DNA from: Pseudodesulfovibrio piezophilus C1TLV30
GTDB lineage: Bacteria; Desulfobacterota; Desulfovibrionia; Desulfovibrionales; Desulfovibrionaceae
Assembly (NCBI RefSeq): GCF_000341895.1
Contig: NC_020409.1
Span: 2,670,001 to 2,702,000 of the forward strand
Reading direction: 5' to 3'
DNA length: 32,000 nucleotides
The notes under the pieces are model-generated. The model did not search any database, was not told where the DNA came from, and saw only the letters and a list, made by a program, of their open reading frames with translations. Shown piece by piece: positions 23,256 to 32,000 of the stretch (position 1 is its first letter; every line of letters begins with the position of its first letter). The position numbers and the translations under genes are program-made.

Positions 23256-25667
23256 GTGCCCGATTTCAGGTCAATTCTTCGTGATGACAAGGTCTATTTT
23301 TTCGATGGTGGCTATGGCACCCTATTGCAGGGCAGAGGGTTGCCAGCCGGACTTTCTCCCGAGCTTTGGGGGCTTGAGGCTCCCGATATCATCCGTTCTG
23401 TTCATCAGGATTATCTGGATGCTGGTGCCGATGTTCTGACCACGAATACGTTCGGCGGATCTCGGCCGAAACTTGGTTCGGCTGTGGACCCGTATAAGCT
23501 GAACCGGACGATGACGGAGATTGCTCGTCAGGTTGCGGGAGAAAAAGCTTTTGTCGCTGCTTCGATAGGCCCTACAGGACATTTTGTCGAGCCGTTGGGC
23601 GATCTGACCTTCCGTGAAATGGTCGAAATTTTCAAGGAGCAGATCAAAGGTTGTGTGGACGGTGGTGCCGATCTGATCCTCGGTGAGACGCATTTCGATT
23701 TGGCTGAAGCCAAGGCTGTGGTTGTCGCGGCACGACTGGTCTGCGACCTGCCTGTTGCCTTGTCCATGACCTTTGAAGGGACGGCGTCGCTGACAGGAAC
23801 TTCTCCCCTGACCTTTGTCGATACCATGCAGAATATGGGGGTTGAACTCATCGGGACTAATTGTTCGGCCGGTCCGGAGCAGATGCAGGAGACGTTGCGT
23901 TCATGGGCGCCTCGACTTGAAACACCCACCTTTGCCGAGGCCAATGCCGGATTGCCGGAGTTGGATGATGATGGAAACACATCCTTTCGCCTTCCACCTG
24001 ATCCGTTTGCCGAACAGGCCTGTCGGTTTGTTGATCTTGGTGCCAAATTTATCGGGGGGTGTTGCGGCACCACGCCGGATCATATTCGCGCGCTTCGCGC
24101 CAGAGTCGGTGATGCCTCCTGGGTGCGTCCACGGAAAACTGACAATGCCCAGTTGGTGTTGACCTCACGAGCTGTGTCCGTTCCCATTGGGTTTGACCAT
24201 CCCGGTGTTATCATCGGTGAGCGGATCAATCCCACTGGCAAGAAGCTCCTGACAGGCGAATTGCAGGAGGGGATATTCTCCGAGGCATTGCGTTTTGCTT
24301 CCGAACAGGTTGATCTCGGAGCGCCGGTGCTTGATGTCAACGTGGGAGCACCCATGGTGGACGAGACTGTGCTGTTGCCCGATTTGGTCAAGACATTGTC
24401 CGGTCGGTTTCCTACCCCCTTGTCCATTGATTCCAATGATTCTGCTGCGATAGAGGCCGGGCTGTGGGTGTATCCCGGTTCGCCTCTGGTTAATTCCATC
24501 TCCGGGGAATCCGGTAAGATGGAAGAGCTTGGCCCCTTATGTAAACTGTTTGGTGCTCCTTTTATCTTGCTGCCCATTGTTGGTAGCAAGCTTCCGGTGA
24601 CTGCCAGCGAGCGGTTGGTGGTAATCGAAGGACTGCTCAAGGAGGCCGATAGGCTCGGTATCCCAAGACGACTGATCATGGTGGATGCGCTCGCGCTCAC
24701 GGTTTCCTCCAAGCCGGAAGCGGCTCGCCATTCGCTGGATGTCATGCGCCATTGCCGCGATGAATGGGGGCTTGTCACAACTATTGGATTGTCCAATATC
24801 TCCTTCGGACTCCCTGCACGAGAACTTCTCAATTCCACATTTCTTTCCCTTTCCATGGCGTCCGGGCTGTGTTCGTTCATTGCCAACCCGAACTCGGCCC
24901 GCCTTCAAGAGGCGTTGCACACGACCGAAGTGTTATTGAATCGTGACCCGCAGGCCGAGCGGTATATAGGGAAATTCACTGACTGGACAGGAGGGGAAGG
25001 TTCCCAGGCCGCCCCAGCTGCCAAGACAGGGGATGATACCGGAGGGCTGCCCCCGGTACAGGCGGCCGTGATCAAAGGTGACAAGGATGTTATTGTCGCT
25101 TTGGTGGAAAAAGAGTTGGACGCAGGCAAGGCTGCCATGGCTGTTGTCAACGACCTTTTGATCCCCGGCATCCTGGCTGTGGGTGAAAAGTATGAGCGCA
25201 AGGAATATTTCCTGCCGCAATTGCTTCGGTCTGCCGAAACAATGCAGACTGCCTTTGCCAGGCTCAAGCCGCTTTTGGAAGAAGATGAAACCGCAGGAGC
25301 CAAGCCTGTTATTGTCATGGCGACAGTCGAAGGTGATATTCACGATATCGGCAAGAACATCGTCTGTCTGATGTTGAAGAATTACGGTTTCGAGGTCGTC
25401 GACCTCGGCAAGGATGTCAAGGCCGAGGTTATTGTCGAGGCCGCGATCGAAAATAAAGCATCCGTCATCGGTCTTTCCGCCCTCATGACAACCACCATGG
25501 TTCGCATGGAGGATACCGTCAATCTTGTCAGAGAGCGTGGCATGGATACCAAGGTGATCATCGGCGGAGCCGTTGTCACGGAAAAATTCTGCAATGCAAT
25601 TGGCGCGGATGGCTGGTCCACCGATGCCATTGCAGCGGTCAAGTTGGCCCAGCGGCTCACGCAATAA
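23256..25667 (+). CDS. metH: Cobalamin-dependent methionine synthase, three-module form (Hcy-binding, pterin-binding, B12-binding) lacking the AdoMet reactivation domain
   Basis: I chose the start at GTG 23256 (AGGAGA at 23245-23250). The Hcy S-methyltransferase domain includes FIGGCCGTTPDHI, followed by a pterin-binding barrel. The B12 cap and Rossmann domain carry DxHxxG (DIHDIGKN), SxL (SALMTTT) and IIGGA. The protein ends about 20 residues after the B12 domain. Confidence 0.9.
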   Translation: MPDFRSILRDDKVYFFDGGYGTLLQGRGLPAGLSPELWGLEAPDIIRSVHQDYLDAGADVLTTNTFGGSRPKLGSAVDPYKLNRTMTEIARQVAGEKAFVAASIGPTGHFVEPLGDLTFREMVEIFKEQIKGCVDGGADLILGETHFDLAEAKAVVVAARLVCDLPVALSMTFEGTASLTGTSPLTFVDTMQNMGVELIGTNCSAGPEQMQETLRSWAPRLETPTFAEANAGLPELDDDGNTSFRLPPDPFAEQACRFVDLGAKFIGGCCGTTPDHIRALRARVGDASWVRPRKTDNAQLVLTSRAVSVPIGFDHPGVIIGERINPTGKKLLTGELQEGIFSEALRFASEQVDLGAPVLDVNVGAPMVDETVLLPDLVKTLSGRFPTPLSIDSNDSAAIEAGLWVYPGSPLVNSISGESGKMEELGPLCKLFGAPFILLPIVGSKLPVTASERLVVIEGLLKEADRLGIPRRLIMVDALALTVSSKPEAARHSLDVMRHCRDEWGLVTTIGLSNISFGLPARELLNSTFLSLSMASGLCSFIANPNSARLQEALHTTEVLLNRDPQAERYIGKFTDWTGGEGSQAAPAAKTGDDTGGLPPVQAAVIKGDKDVIVALVEKELDAGKAAMAVVNDLLIPGILAVGEKYERKEYFLPQLLRSAETMQTAFARLKPLLEEDETAGAKPVIVMATVEGDIHDIGKNIVCLMLKNYGFEVVDLGKDVKAEVIVEAAIENKASVIGLSALMTTTMVRMEDTVNLVRERGMDTKVIIGGAVVTEKFCNAIGADGWSTDAIAAVKLAQRLTQ

Positions 25668-26249
25668 TCATGTCTTGGTGATATAATCGAAAAGAGAGGG
25701 CTGCCTGATTGGTGGCTCTTTCTTCTTAAGCAGTTCCGCTCCACCTTCATGCTTTAGAAGAAAAGCCTTCATTTCCAGCCCGCCTGTGGCGCTGAAACCG
25801 GTCAACGCCCCATTGCTTCCGACCACCCGGTGGCAGGGATAAAGCAGAGGAAACGGATTGCGCCCCATGACTCCGCCCACTGCCTGCGCGCCGCCGGGAC
25901 TGCCCACCGTGGCGGCAAGTTCTCCATAGGTGGTAAGAGTGCCGTGTCGAACGAGCGCCAAAGCATCGAGAACCGCCCGTTGAAAGGGGGTCAGGGCGGA
26001 AAAGTCCAGGGGAAGATGTGGCCAGAGGGGAACTTCGCCCGCGACATACCGAAGCAGGGCTTCTTTGAGAAGGCTCCCCTCGCGGCTCAGTGTCGGAGAT
26101 TCCTTCACAGATGCACTCCACATGATGTCAATGGCACTTATCAATCCGTCATTCCAGTGAAGGGACAATGCCAGTGGCGGGGCTTCAATATGCTCAATGA
26201 GGGGGGATGCGGTTCCCTTCTCAGTGTCAGTCCGAGCAGAAGGGATCAT
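25668..26249 (-). CDS. ogt: Methylated-DNA--protein-cysteine methyltransferase (Ogt/MGMT family)
   Basis: Active-site PCHRVV and helix-turn-wing TTYGELAATVGSPGGAQAVGGVMGRNPFPLLYPCHRVVGSNGALTGF. I chose the start at ATG 26249..26247, which forms an ATGA overlap with the upstream radical-SAM stop; the track start is 26282. Confidence 0.85.
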   Translation of the reverse strand: MIPSARTDTEKGTASPLIEHIEAPPLALSLHWNDGLISAIDIMWSASVKESPTLSREGSLLKEALLRYVAGEVPLWPHLPLDFSALTPFQRAVLDALALVRHGTLTTYGELAATVGSPGGAQAVGGVMGRNPFPLLYPCHRVVGSNGALTGFSATGGLEMKAFLLKHEGGAELLKKKEPPIRQPSLFDYITKT

Positions 26250-27229
26250 GCGGGATTGAGTGTGTAATCGGGGGAAAACCATTCCGGTGGTCCGGCTTCT
26301 GCTCCATTGTTTTTGCCCTGCCAGACATTGTCCATCATAAAATGGTTTCGGACTGCATTATGGAGTCCGCGCATGTTGGCTGCCCAGTCAGGGGCTACCA
26401 GTTCTCCCTGGGAAGGATTACCGTTGAGTCTGTGAATGACTGTGGTCGGCTTGAGAAGCATGAGGGCGTCCGAAAGCTGAGAGAGATATTCGTGTTGGGT
26501 GAGCGGAGTGTAGTTCCCTTCGTTATACAGTCGTTCAAGGCCGGTTCCACGACAGACGTAAAGGTTGTGAAATTTGATGCCGTGAATAGGCAAGCTGTTG
26601 AGCATGCGCACGGAAGCGAGAAGCTCGGCTCGGCCTTCGCGCCCAAAAACAGTGGGCAATCCTGCAATGACATGGGCCACGACCTTGAGGCCGCGACTGG
26701 CTGCCGCGTGTGTTGCTTCGGCAAAGGCGCAGGCGTCATGTCCTCGGTTGATATGGGTCAGGGTTTCGTCCGAAGCAGACTGGAGGCCGAGTTCAAGCAT
26801 GACTTCGGAAAGCCCGAGATATTCCTTTTGTTCGGCAAGGAGGTTAAGCTTGTCATCATCAAGACAGTCCGGGCGGGTGCCCAGGCTCAGTGATGTCAAG
26901 CCAGGCAGTCCGCGTAACTGGGCGCAAGTGCCGGCGAGCTTCGCCAAGGGACCGTGGGTATTGGAATACGATTGTAGGTAAGCCGTGAACAGAGATAATC
27001 CGTTTTTCCGAGTGTGAATGTCTCTCCAGAATTGCCATTGTTCGGGAATACTCATACCTTCGTTGCCGAAGCCGGAGCCAGATCCTTTGGGGTTACAGAA
27101 AATGCATCCTTCGGTTGAAAGCGTGCCGTCTCTGTTCGGGCATGAGTATCCTGCGTCCAGAGGGATTTTCTGGACGCGTTGGCCGTGTCTTTGACGGGTA
27201 TATGCGGAGAGTGAGAAGTAGCGTGGCAT
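26246..27229 (-). CDS. TIGR01212-family radical SAM protein (YhcC-like)
   Basis: 327 aa. N-terminal KIPLDAGYSCPNRDGTLSTEGCIFCN matches the family's CPNRDG...GC.FC cluster motif as I recall it from E. coli YhcC. Confidence 0.85.
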   Translation of the reverse strand: MPRYFSLSAYTRQRHGQRVQKIPLDAGYSCPNRDGTLSTEGCIFCNPKGSGSGFGNEGMSIPEQWQFWRDIHTRKNGLSLFTAYLQSYSNTHGPLAKLAGTCAQLRGLPGLTSLSLGTRPDCLDDDKLNLLAEQKEYLGLSEVMLELGLQSASDETLTHINRGHDACAFAEATHAAASRGLKVVAHVIAGLPTVFGREGRAELLASVRMLNSLPIHGIKFHNLYVCRGTGLERLYNEGNYTPLTQHEYLSQLSDALMLLKPTTVIHRLNGNPSQGELVAPDWAANMRGLHNAVRNHFMMDNVWQGKNNGAEAGPPEWFSPDYTLNPA

Positions 27230-27359
27230 GATATTTTTAGAAAAAGTCGAGAAAATATGCTCAAACAGTGTCCAGCGTATTGCCTGGTGCGGTTACATTT
27301 GGTACTCATCTTCAACTGAAATTACACGCTAGCGTACTTCCGGGGCATTGGGAAGTCGC

Positions 27360-27389
27360 TTGGACGCATAGAATTTTGTATCGTATACT
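27360..27389 (+). promoter_or_regulatory. Candidate sigma-70 promoter for the mreBCD-mrdA-rodA operon
   Basis: TTGGAC (27360-27365), an 18-nt spacer, then TATACT (27384-27389), 30 nt upstream of the mreB ATG. This is a hexamer match only. Confidence 0.3.
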
Positions 27390-27418
27390 GAATGAATTTC
27401 GAATGGAACGGGGGGTAA

Positions 27419-28462
<1,044 letters not shown>

Positions 28463-28470
28463 GTACCAGC

Positions 28471-29361
28471 GTGAAAAAGCCCAAAAAGATCGCCGTCGTG
28501 ATCGTCGCGGGGCTCTTCGTGTACCTCTTCATGTACACCTGGAACCTGCGCACCGGGCATTTGGACGCCCTTTCCAGTTATACCGGTCTCGATATCTCCG
28601 GCTTTATCCTTCGCCCAGGCATCTGGGCGAATGAGCAGGTTGTGGGGTTTTGGGAGCGGTATATCTATCTTGTCGGCCTCAAGCAGAGGAACGACGAGTT
28701 GACAGCGGAAAATGCCCGGCTTCAAAGGAAGAGCATGCTCCTTGGCTCGCAGGCCCGGTCCGCAACCCGTCTGGAGAAGATGCTTGACTTTGTGCCGCCT
28801 CAAAACTGGAACTTCAGTGGAGCGCGGGTCATTGCGCATCGCATGGGACCGGCTGGGGTGTTGGCAACGTTGACAGTGGACAAGGGGAGCGTCAACTCTG
28901 TCGAACCCGATATGCCGGTGGTTTCCCTTGAGGGGATTGCCGGACGTATTCTCAATACCGGAGCTCTCACTTCCACTGTGCTTCTGCTCACGGATGCCAA
29001 CAGTCACATCGCTGTTATCGGCGAGAGCAACCGCTCGCCGGGCATGTTGACAGGCATGGGCTATGGAGAGCCGCTCCGGCTCCGTTTTGTCAATCTCAAT
29101 GCGATAATCGATCCGGGAGAGATTCTGCTTTCATCCGGTTTATCCGGTATTTTTCCCAAAGGCTTGCCGGTTGCTCGAGTGACCAAGGTCCAGAGGTCTG
29201 ATATCTCGCTTTTCCTGACCATAGAAGCTGAACCGTTGGTCAATGTGGCGAAGTTGGAAGAAGTCGTGCTCCTGCGCCGTGCTCCTGTTGATTTTTCACC
29301 TGCGGTCAGGTCGGAATCCATTCAACAGGGGGAGGCAGAGAGCAGTGCTGCAATCAGGTAG
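28471..29361 (+). CDS. mreC: Rod shape-determining protein MreC
   Basis: GTG start 8 nt after the mreB stop. It has an N-terminal TM helix, a coiled coil (RNDELTAENARLQRK) and a beta-rich C-terminal domain (GIAGRILNTGALTSTVLLLTDANSHIAV...GIFPKGLPVARV). Confidence 0.9.
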   Translation: MKKPKKIAVVIVAGLFVYLFMYTWNLRTGHLDALSSYTGLDISGFILRPGIWANEQVVGFWERYIYLVGLKQRNDELTAENARLQRKSMLLGSQARSATRLEKMLDFVPPQNWNFSGARVIAHRMGPAGVLATLTVDKGSVNSVEPDMPVVSLEGIAGRILNTGALTSTVLLLTDANSHIAVIGESNRSPGMLTGMGYGEPLRLRFVNLNAIIDPGEILLSSGLSGIFPKGLPVARVTKVQRSDISLFLTIEAEPLVNVAKLEEVVLLRRAPVDFSPAVRSESIQQGEAESSAAIR

Positions 29362-29830
29362 TCTTCTCGCTTTTCTTTGGTGGACTGGATATACCATCGT
29401 GGGTGTCTGGGCACAGAAATACGTGCCCGGCATTGATTTCTTTGCATCAGGTATAGTTCTTTCTCTCCAGGAGCAGAGTGGACATCGAACTCTCTGGTTG
29501 GCCTGTCTCTGGATTCTCTTGCTGGAGGGTATGGGGAATCTGCCATTTGGGTACGGGGTCGCGTGGTATGGTTTGCTTTTTGTCTTTTACATCCTTGGGC
29601 GATGGCTTTTCGAGAGGCGTTCCATTCTTTTCATGTGTTTGCTTGGATTGGGCTTGGGCTGTCTGCATATCATCCTTTCCTATAGTCTCACCCGGTTGGC
29701 AAACATGGCGGTTCCCATGCATAGTGTCATGATTGAGGGCGCGTTGCAGGTCTTGATTTTTCCGGTCATATGGCTGTTGGCTGATTGGCTGTACCCCAAA
29801 AGACTGAGGCAGGATGTCAAACCTTTATAA
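29345..29830 (+). CDS. mreD: Rod shape-determining protein MreD
   Basis: Small polytopic membrane protein in the conserved position. I chose GTG 29345 (GGGGGAGG about 10 nt upstream; 17-nt overlap with the mreC end). The track start at 29243 would add 34 non-hydrophobic residues inside mreC. Confidence 0.7.
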   Translation: MLQSGSLLAFLWWTGYTIVGVWAQKYVPGIDFFASGIVLSLQEQSGHRTLWLACLWILLLEGMGNLPFGYGVAWYGLLFVFYILGRWLFERRSILFMCLLGLGLGCLHIILSYSLTRLANMAVPMHSVMIEGALQVLIFPVIWLLADWLYPKRLRQDVKPL

Positions 29831-31688
29831 TCAATCCGATCAGCAGCCGCCTCGATCAGGGCTTATTCTTCTTCAAGCGTTGATCCTCGGGCTTTTTTGC
29901 CTTTTTTCCATTCGTCTGTGGTACCTGCAAATCCATCGTGGTGAGGAGTATGCGCTCAAAGCCAAGGAAAACCAATTGCGTCAGGAGGCTGTTTTTTCGC
30001 CTCGTGGGTTGATCCGTGATCGCAATGGAGACTTGTTGGCCGTTAACGAACCGGCATATGCTCTGGGGCTTGTCCGTGAAGATTGCCATGATATTGACAA
30101 GACTCTGCATCAGGTTGCCATGTGGACCGGAGAAAAATTTGATGACCTCAAAGCCATTTACGTAAAAAAGCGTCCACGCGTAAAACAGTTTGAGCCGCTG
30201 ATTCTCATACCGGATCTCTCATTTCACCAACTGGCCCTCATCGACGCCAACCGCCTTCGTTGGCCGGGATTGGAAATCCAGGTTCGGCCCAGGCGGCAGT
30301 ATCGTTATGGGAAGTTGTTGGCGCATGTGCTCGGATATGTGGCGGAAGCCAATGAAGAAGAAATGGAAAAAAGGCCTGAGCTTGCCCTTGGTGATTATGT
30401 CGGGAAGCAGGGGATTGAGCTGATGCTTGAGGATCGTATGCGCGGCGCCAAAGGGCTGACGCAGTTCGAAGTGGATGTCAATGGCCGACGGCTGAAGGAG
30501 CGGGTTCTGAAACACCCCAGAGCCGGGCATGAAATTTCCTTGTCCATTGATCTTGAATTGCAGAAGCTCGCCATGGATTGGTTGGATGAAGAGGCCGGTG
30601 CCGTGGCGGTCATGGATGCGGATACGGGGCAACTTTGGGCTTTGGCAACTGCGCCTTCCTATAATTCCAATGACTTTGCATCAGGTCTTTCCTCGGCTCA
30701 ATGGGCTACTCTCCGTGATGATCCGCTTCACCCCATGCAAAATCGGGTCATTCAATCTATCTATCCTCCCGGTTCGGTGTTCAAGCATGTGGTGGCCGGT
30801 GCCGGTCTGCACTTCGGAGAGATTGATCCGGAAGAAACGGTTCATTGCTCGGGGTCGGTCAAGCTCGGTAGGCACGTTTTCCGCTGCTGGAAAAAAGGTG
30901 GCCATGGACATGTCAACATGGAGCGGGCTTTGGTTGAATCCTGTGACGTCTATTTTTACAAGATGGGTAAAAAGATCGGCGTGGATCATATGAGCGAATT
31001 TGCCAAGGCATGTGGTTTCGGGCAGAAAACCGGTATTCGATTGCCACATGAGAAGTCTGGTATCATTCCCACTGACAAATGGAAGCGAAAACGGTTCGGC
31101 GAAGGATGGCAGGGCGGCGATAATCTCAATATGGCCATTGGGCAGGGGTATACCCTGGTGACCCCGCTTCAGGTCGTGCGCTTTTTCTCCAGTCTTCTCA
31201 ACGGCGGGAAGTTGCTCAAACCGTTATTGGTCAAGGACGAGAAAACTGTGGTCCAAGGGCAAATACCGCTGACGAATACGCAGCTCGGCCTGCTTCATCG
31301 TGCTCTTGTGAGGACAGTGGATGACGTTCATGGGACGTGTCGCAGGATTCGAACAAAAGGGGTCGTGGTCGGTGGCAAGACGGGGACTGCCCAGGTTGTG
31401 CGATTGACGGATGATCTCAAGGAACTCAAAGACGACGAGATTCCGTATAAATTTCGTGATCATGCCTGGATGGCCGCAACCGCAGAAAAGGATGGCAGAC
31501 GTTTTGCCATTGTTGCCCTGGTAGAACATGGTCTGCATGGTGGGTCCGGGGCTGGTCCCATTGTCAAGGCTGTCATTGATTATCTTTTTCTGAACAAGGT
31601 TCGCAAAAAGCCTGAAGCTATGAAAGCCAAGGCCAGGGCTGCCCGCTTGCTGACACGCAGTTCCGTGAGGAAGGCTCATGCCAATTGA
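29814..31688 (+). CDS. mrdA: Penicillin-binding protein 2 (elongasome transpeptidase)
   Basis: 624 aa with an N-terminal TM anchor and a PBP dimerisation domain. The transpeptidase motifs are SVFK (SxxK) and KTGT (GGKTGTAQV). It overlaps the mreD end by 17 nt. Confidence 0.92.
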   Translation: MSNLYNQSDQQPPRSGLILLQALILGLFCLFSIRLWYLQIHRGEEYALKAKENQLRQEAVFSPRGLIRDRNGDLLAVNEPAYALGLVREDCHDIDKTLHQVAMWTGEKFDDLKAIYVKKRPRVKQFEPLILIPDLSFHQLALIDANRLRWPGLEIQVRPRRQYRYGKLLAHVLGYVAEANEEEMEKRPELALGDYVGKQGIELMLEDRMRGAKGLTQFEVDVNGRRLKERVLKHPRAGHEISLSIDLELQKLAMDWLDEEAGAVAVMDADTGQLWALATAPSYNSNDFASGLSSAQWATLRDDPLHPMQNRVIQSIYPPGSVFKHVVAGAGLHFGEIDPEETVHCSGSVKLGRHVFRCWKKGGHGHVNMERALVESCDVYFYKMGKKIGVDHMSEFAKACGFGQKTGIRLPHEKSGIIPTDKWKRKRFGEGWQGGDNLNMAIGQGYTLVTPLQVVRFFSSLLNGGKLLKPLLVKDEKTVVQGQIPLTNTQLGLLHRALVRTVDDVHGTCRRIRTKGVVVGGKTGTAQVVRLTDDLKELKDDEIPYKFRDHAWMAATAEKDGRRFAIVALVEHGLHGGSGAGPIVKAVIDYLFLNKVRKKPEAMKAKARAARLLTRSSVRKAHAN

Positions 31689-32000
31689 TAGACGGCTTCT
31701 TTTCTATATTAACTGGCCACTCCTGGGCGTGGCCGTCATTCTGTTCCTGCTTGGAGCGCTCAATCTGTATTCTGCCAGTGGGTACAGGTTGGAAGAGGGC
31801 ATGAGTATCGCTCCCTATTTCAACAAACAGTTGATTTGGGGGCTGATGGGACTTCTGGGCATGGTTGTTTTCATGTTCTTTGATTATCGCCATCTCAAAA
31901 CCATTGCGTGGCCGCTTTTTTGGGTAACAGTTTTGTTGCTGGTCGCGGTGTTCTTTGCAGGAAAGACCATTTACGGTGCGAAACGGTGGCTTGATCTCGG
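31678..32000 (+). CDS. rodA: RodA (SEDS-family peptidoglycan polymerase), N-terminal fragment running off the right edge
   Basis: My own translation from ATG 31678 gives MPIDRRLLFYINWPLLGVAVILFLLGALNLYSASGY...GAKRWLDLG, typical of the RodA/FtsW N-terminus. It overlaps the mrdA stop by 11 nt. Confidence 0.85.
   Translation, partial: MPIDRRLLFYINWPLLGVAVILFLLGALNLYSASGYRLEEGMSIAPYFNKQLIWGLMGLLGMVVFMFFDYRHLKTIAWPLFWVTVLLLVAVFFAGKTIYGAKRWLDL

Overview
This window reads as core chromosome of a Desulfovibrio-type sulfate-reducing deltaproteobacterium: moderately GC-rich, densely coded, mostly on the minus strand.

Gene order, left to right:
- The 5' end of a Tat-exported formate dehydrogenase catalytic subunit, preceded by a small orphan ORF.
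- A 530-nt AT-rich non-coding spacer.
- An FmdE/molybdopterin-binding fusion gene.
- A GlxA-type regulator plus DJ-1/PfpI pair.
- The complete dsrMKJOP transmembrane redox complex, with an RsbRD_N-domain gene and a multi-PAS diguanylate cyclase upstream of it.
- An EamA transporter convergent with a single-domain PilZ gene.
- A gap-free minus-strand string: rpoH, TPR lipoprotein, exported protein, coiled-coil protein, rpiB, tkt, glpX.
- A three-module MetH that lacks the reactivation domain.
- A translationally coupled radical-SAM (TIGR01212) and ogt pair.
- The start of mreB-mreC-mreD-mrdA-rodA.

I saw no rRNA, tRNA, CRISPR array, IS element, integrase, phage or recognisable defence module. 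I did not find a convincing new multi-gene system.

The observations most worth a second look are modest:
- the long spacer upstream of the FDH unit and the small ORF next to it;
- the FmdE-MoCF-FeS fusion;
- a four-CxC cysteine tail on DsrP;
- sensor genes stacked upstream of dsrMKJOP;
- tandem hairpins ahead of pilZ;
- the rpoH-led seven-gene string with an envelope trio;
- a QPSLF clamp-binding-like tail on Ogt.

Functional calls come from reading the translated ORFs and recognising motifs. No database search was run.
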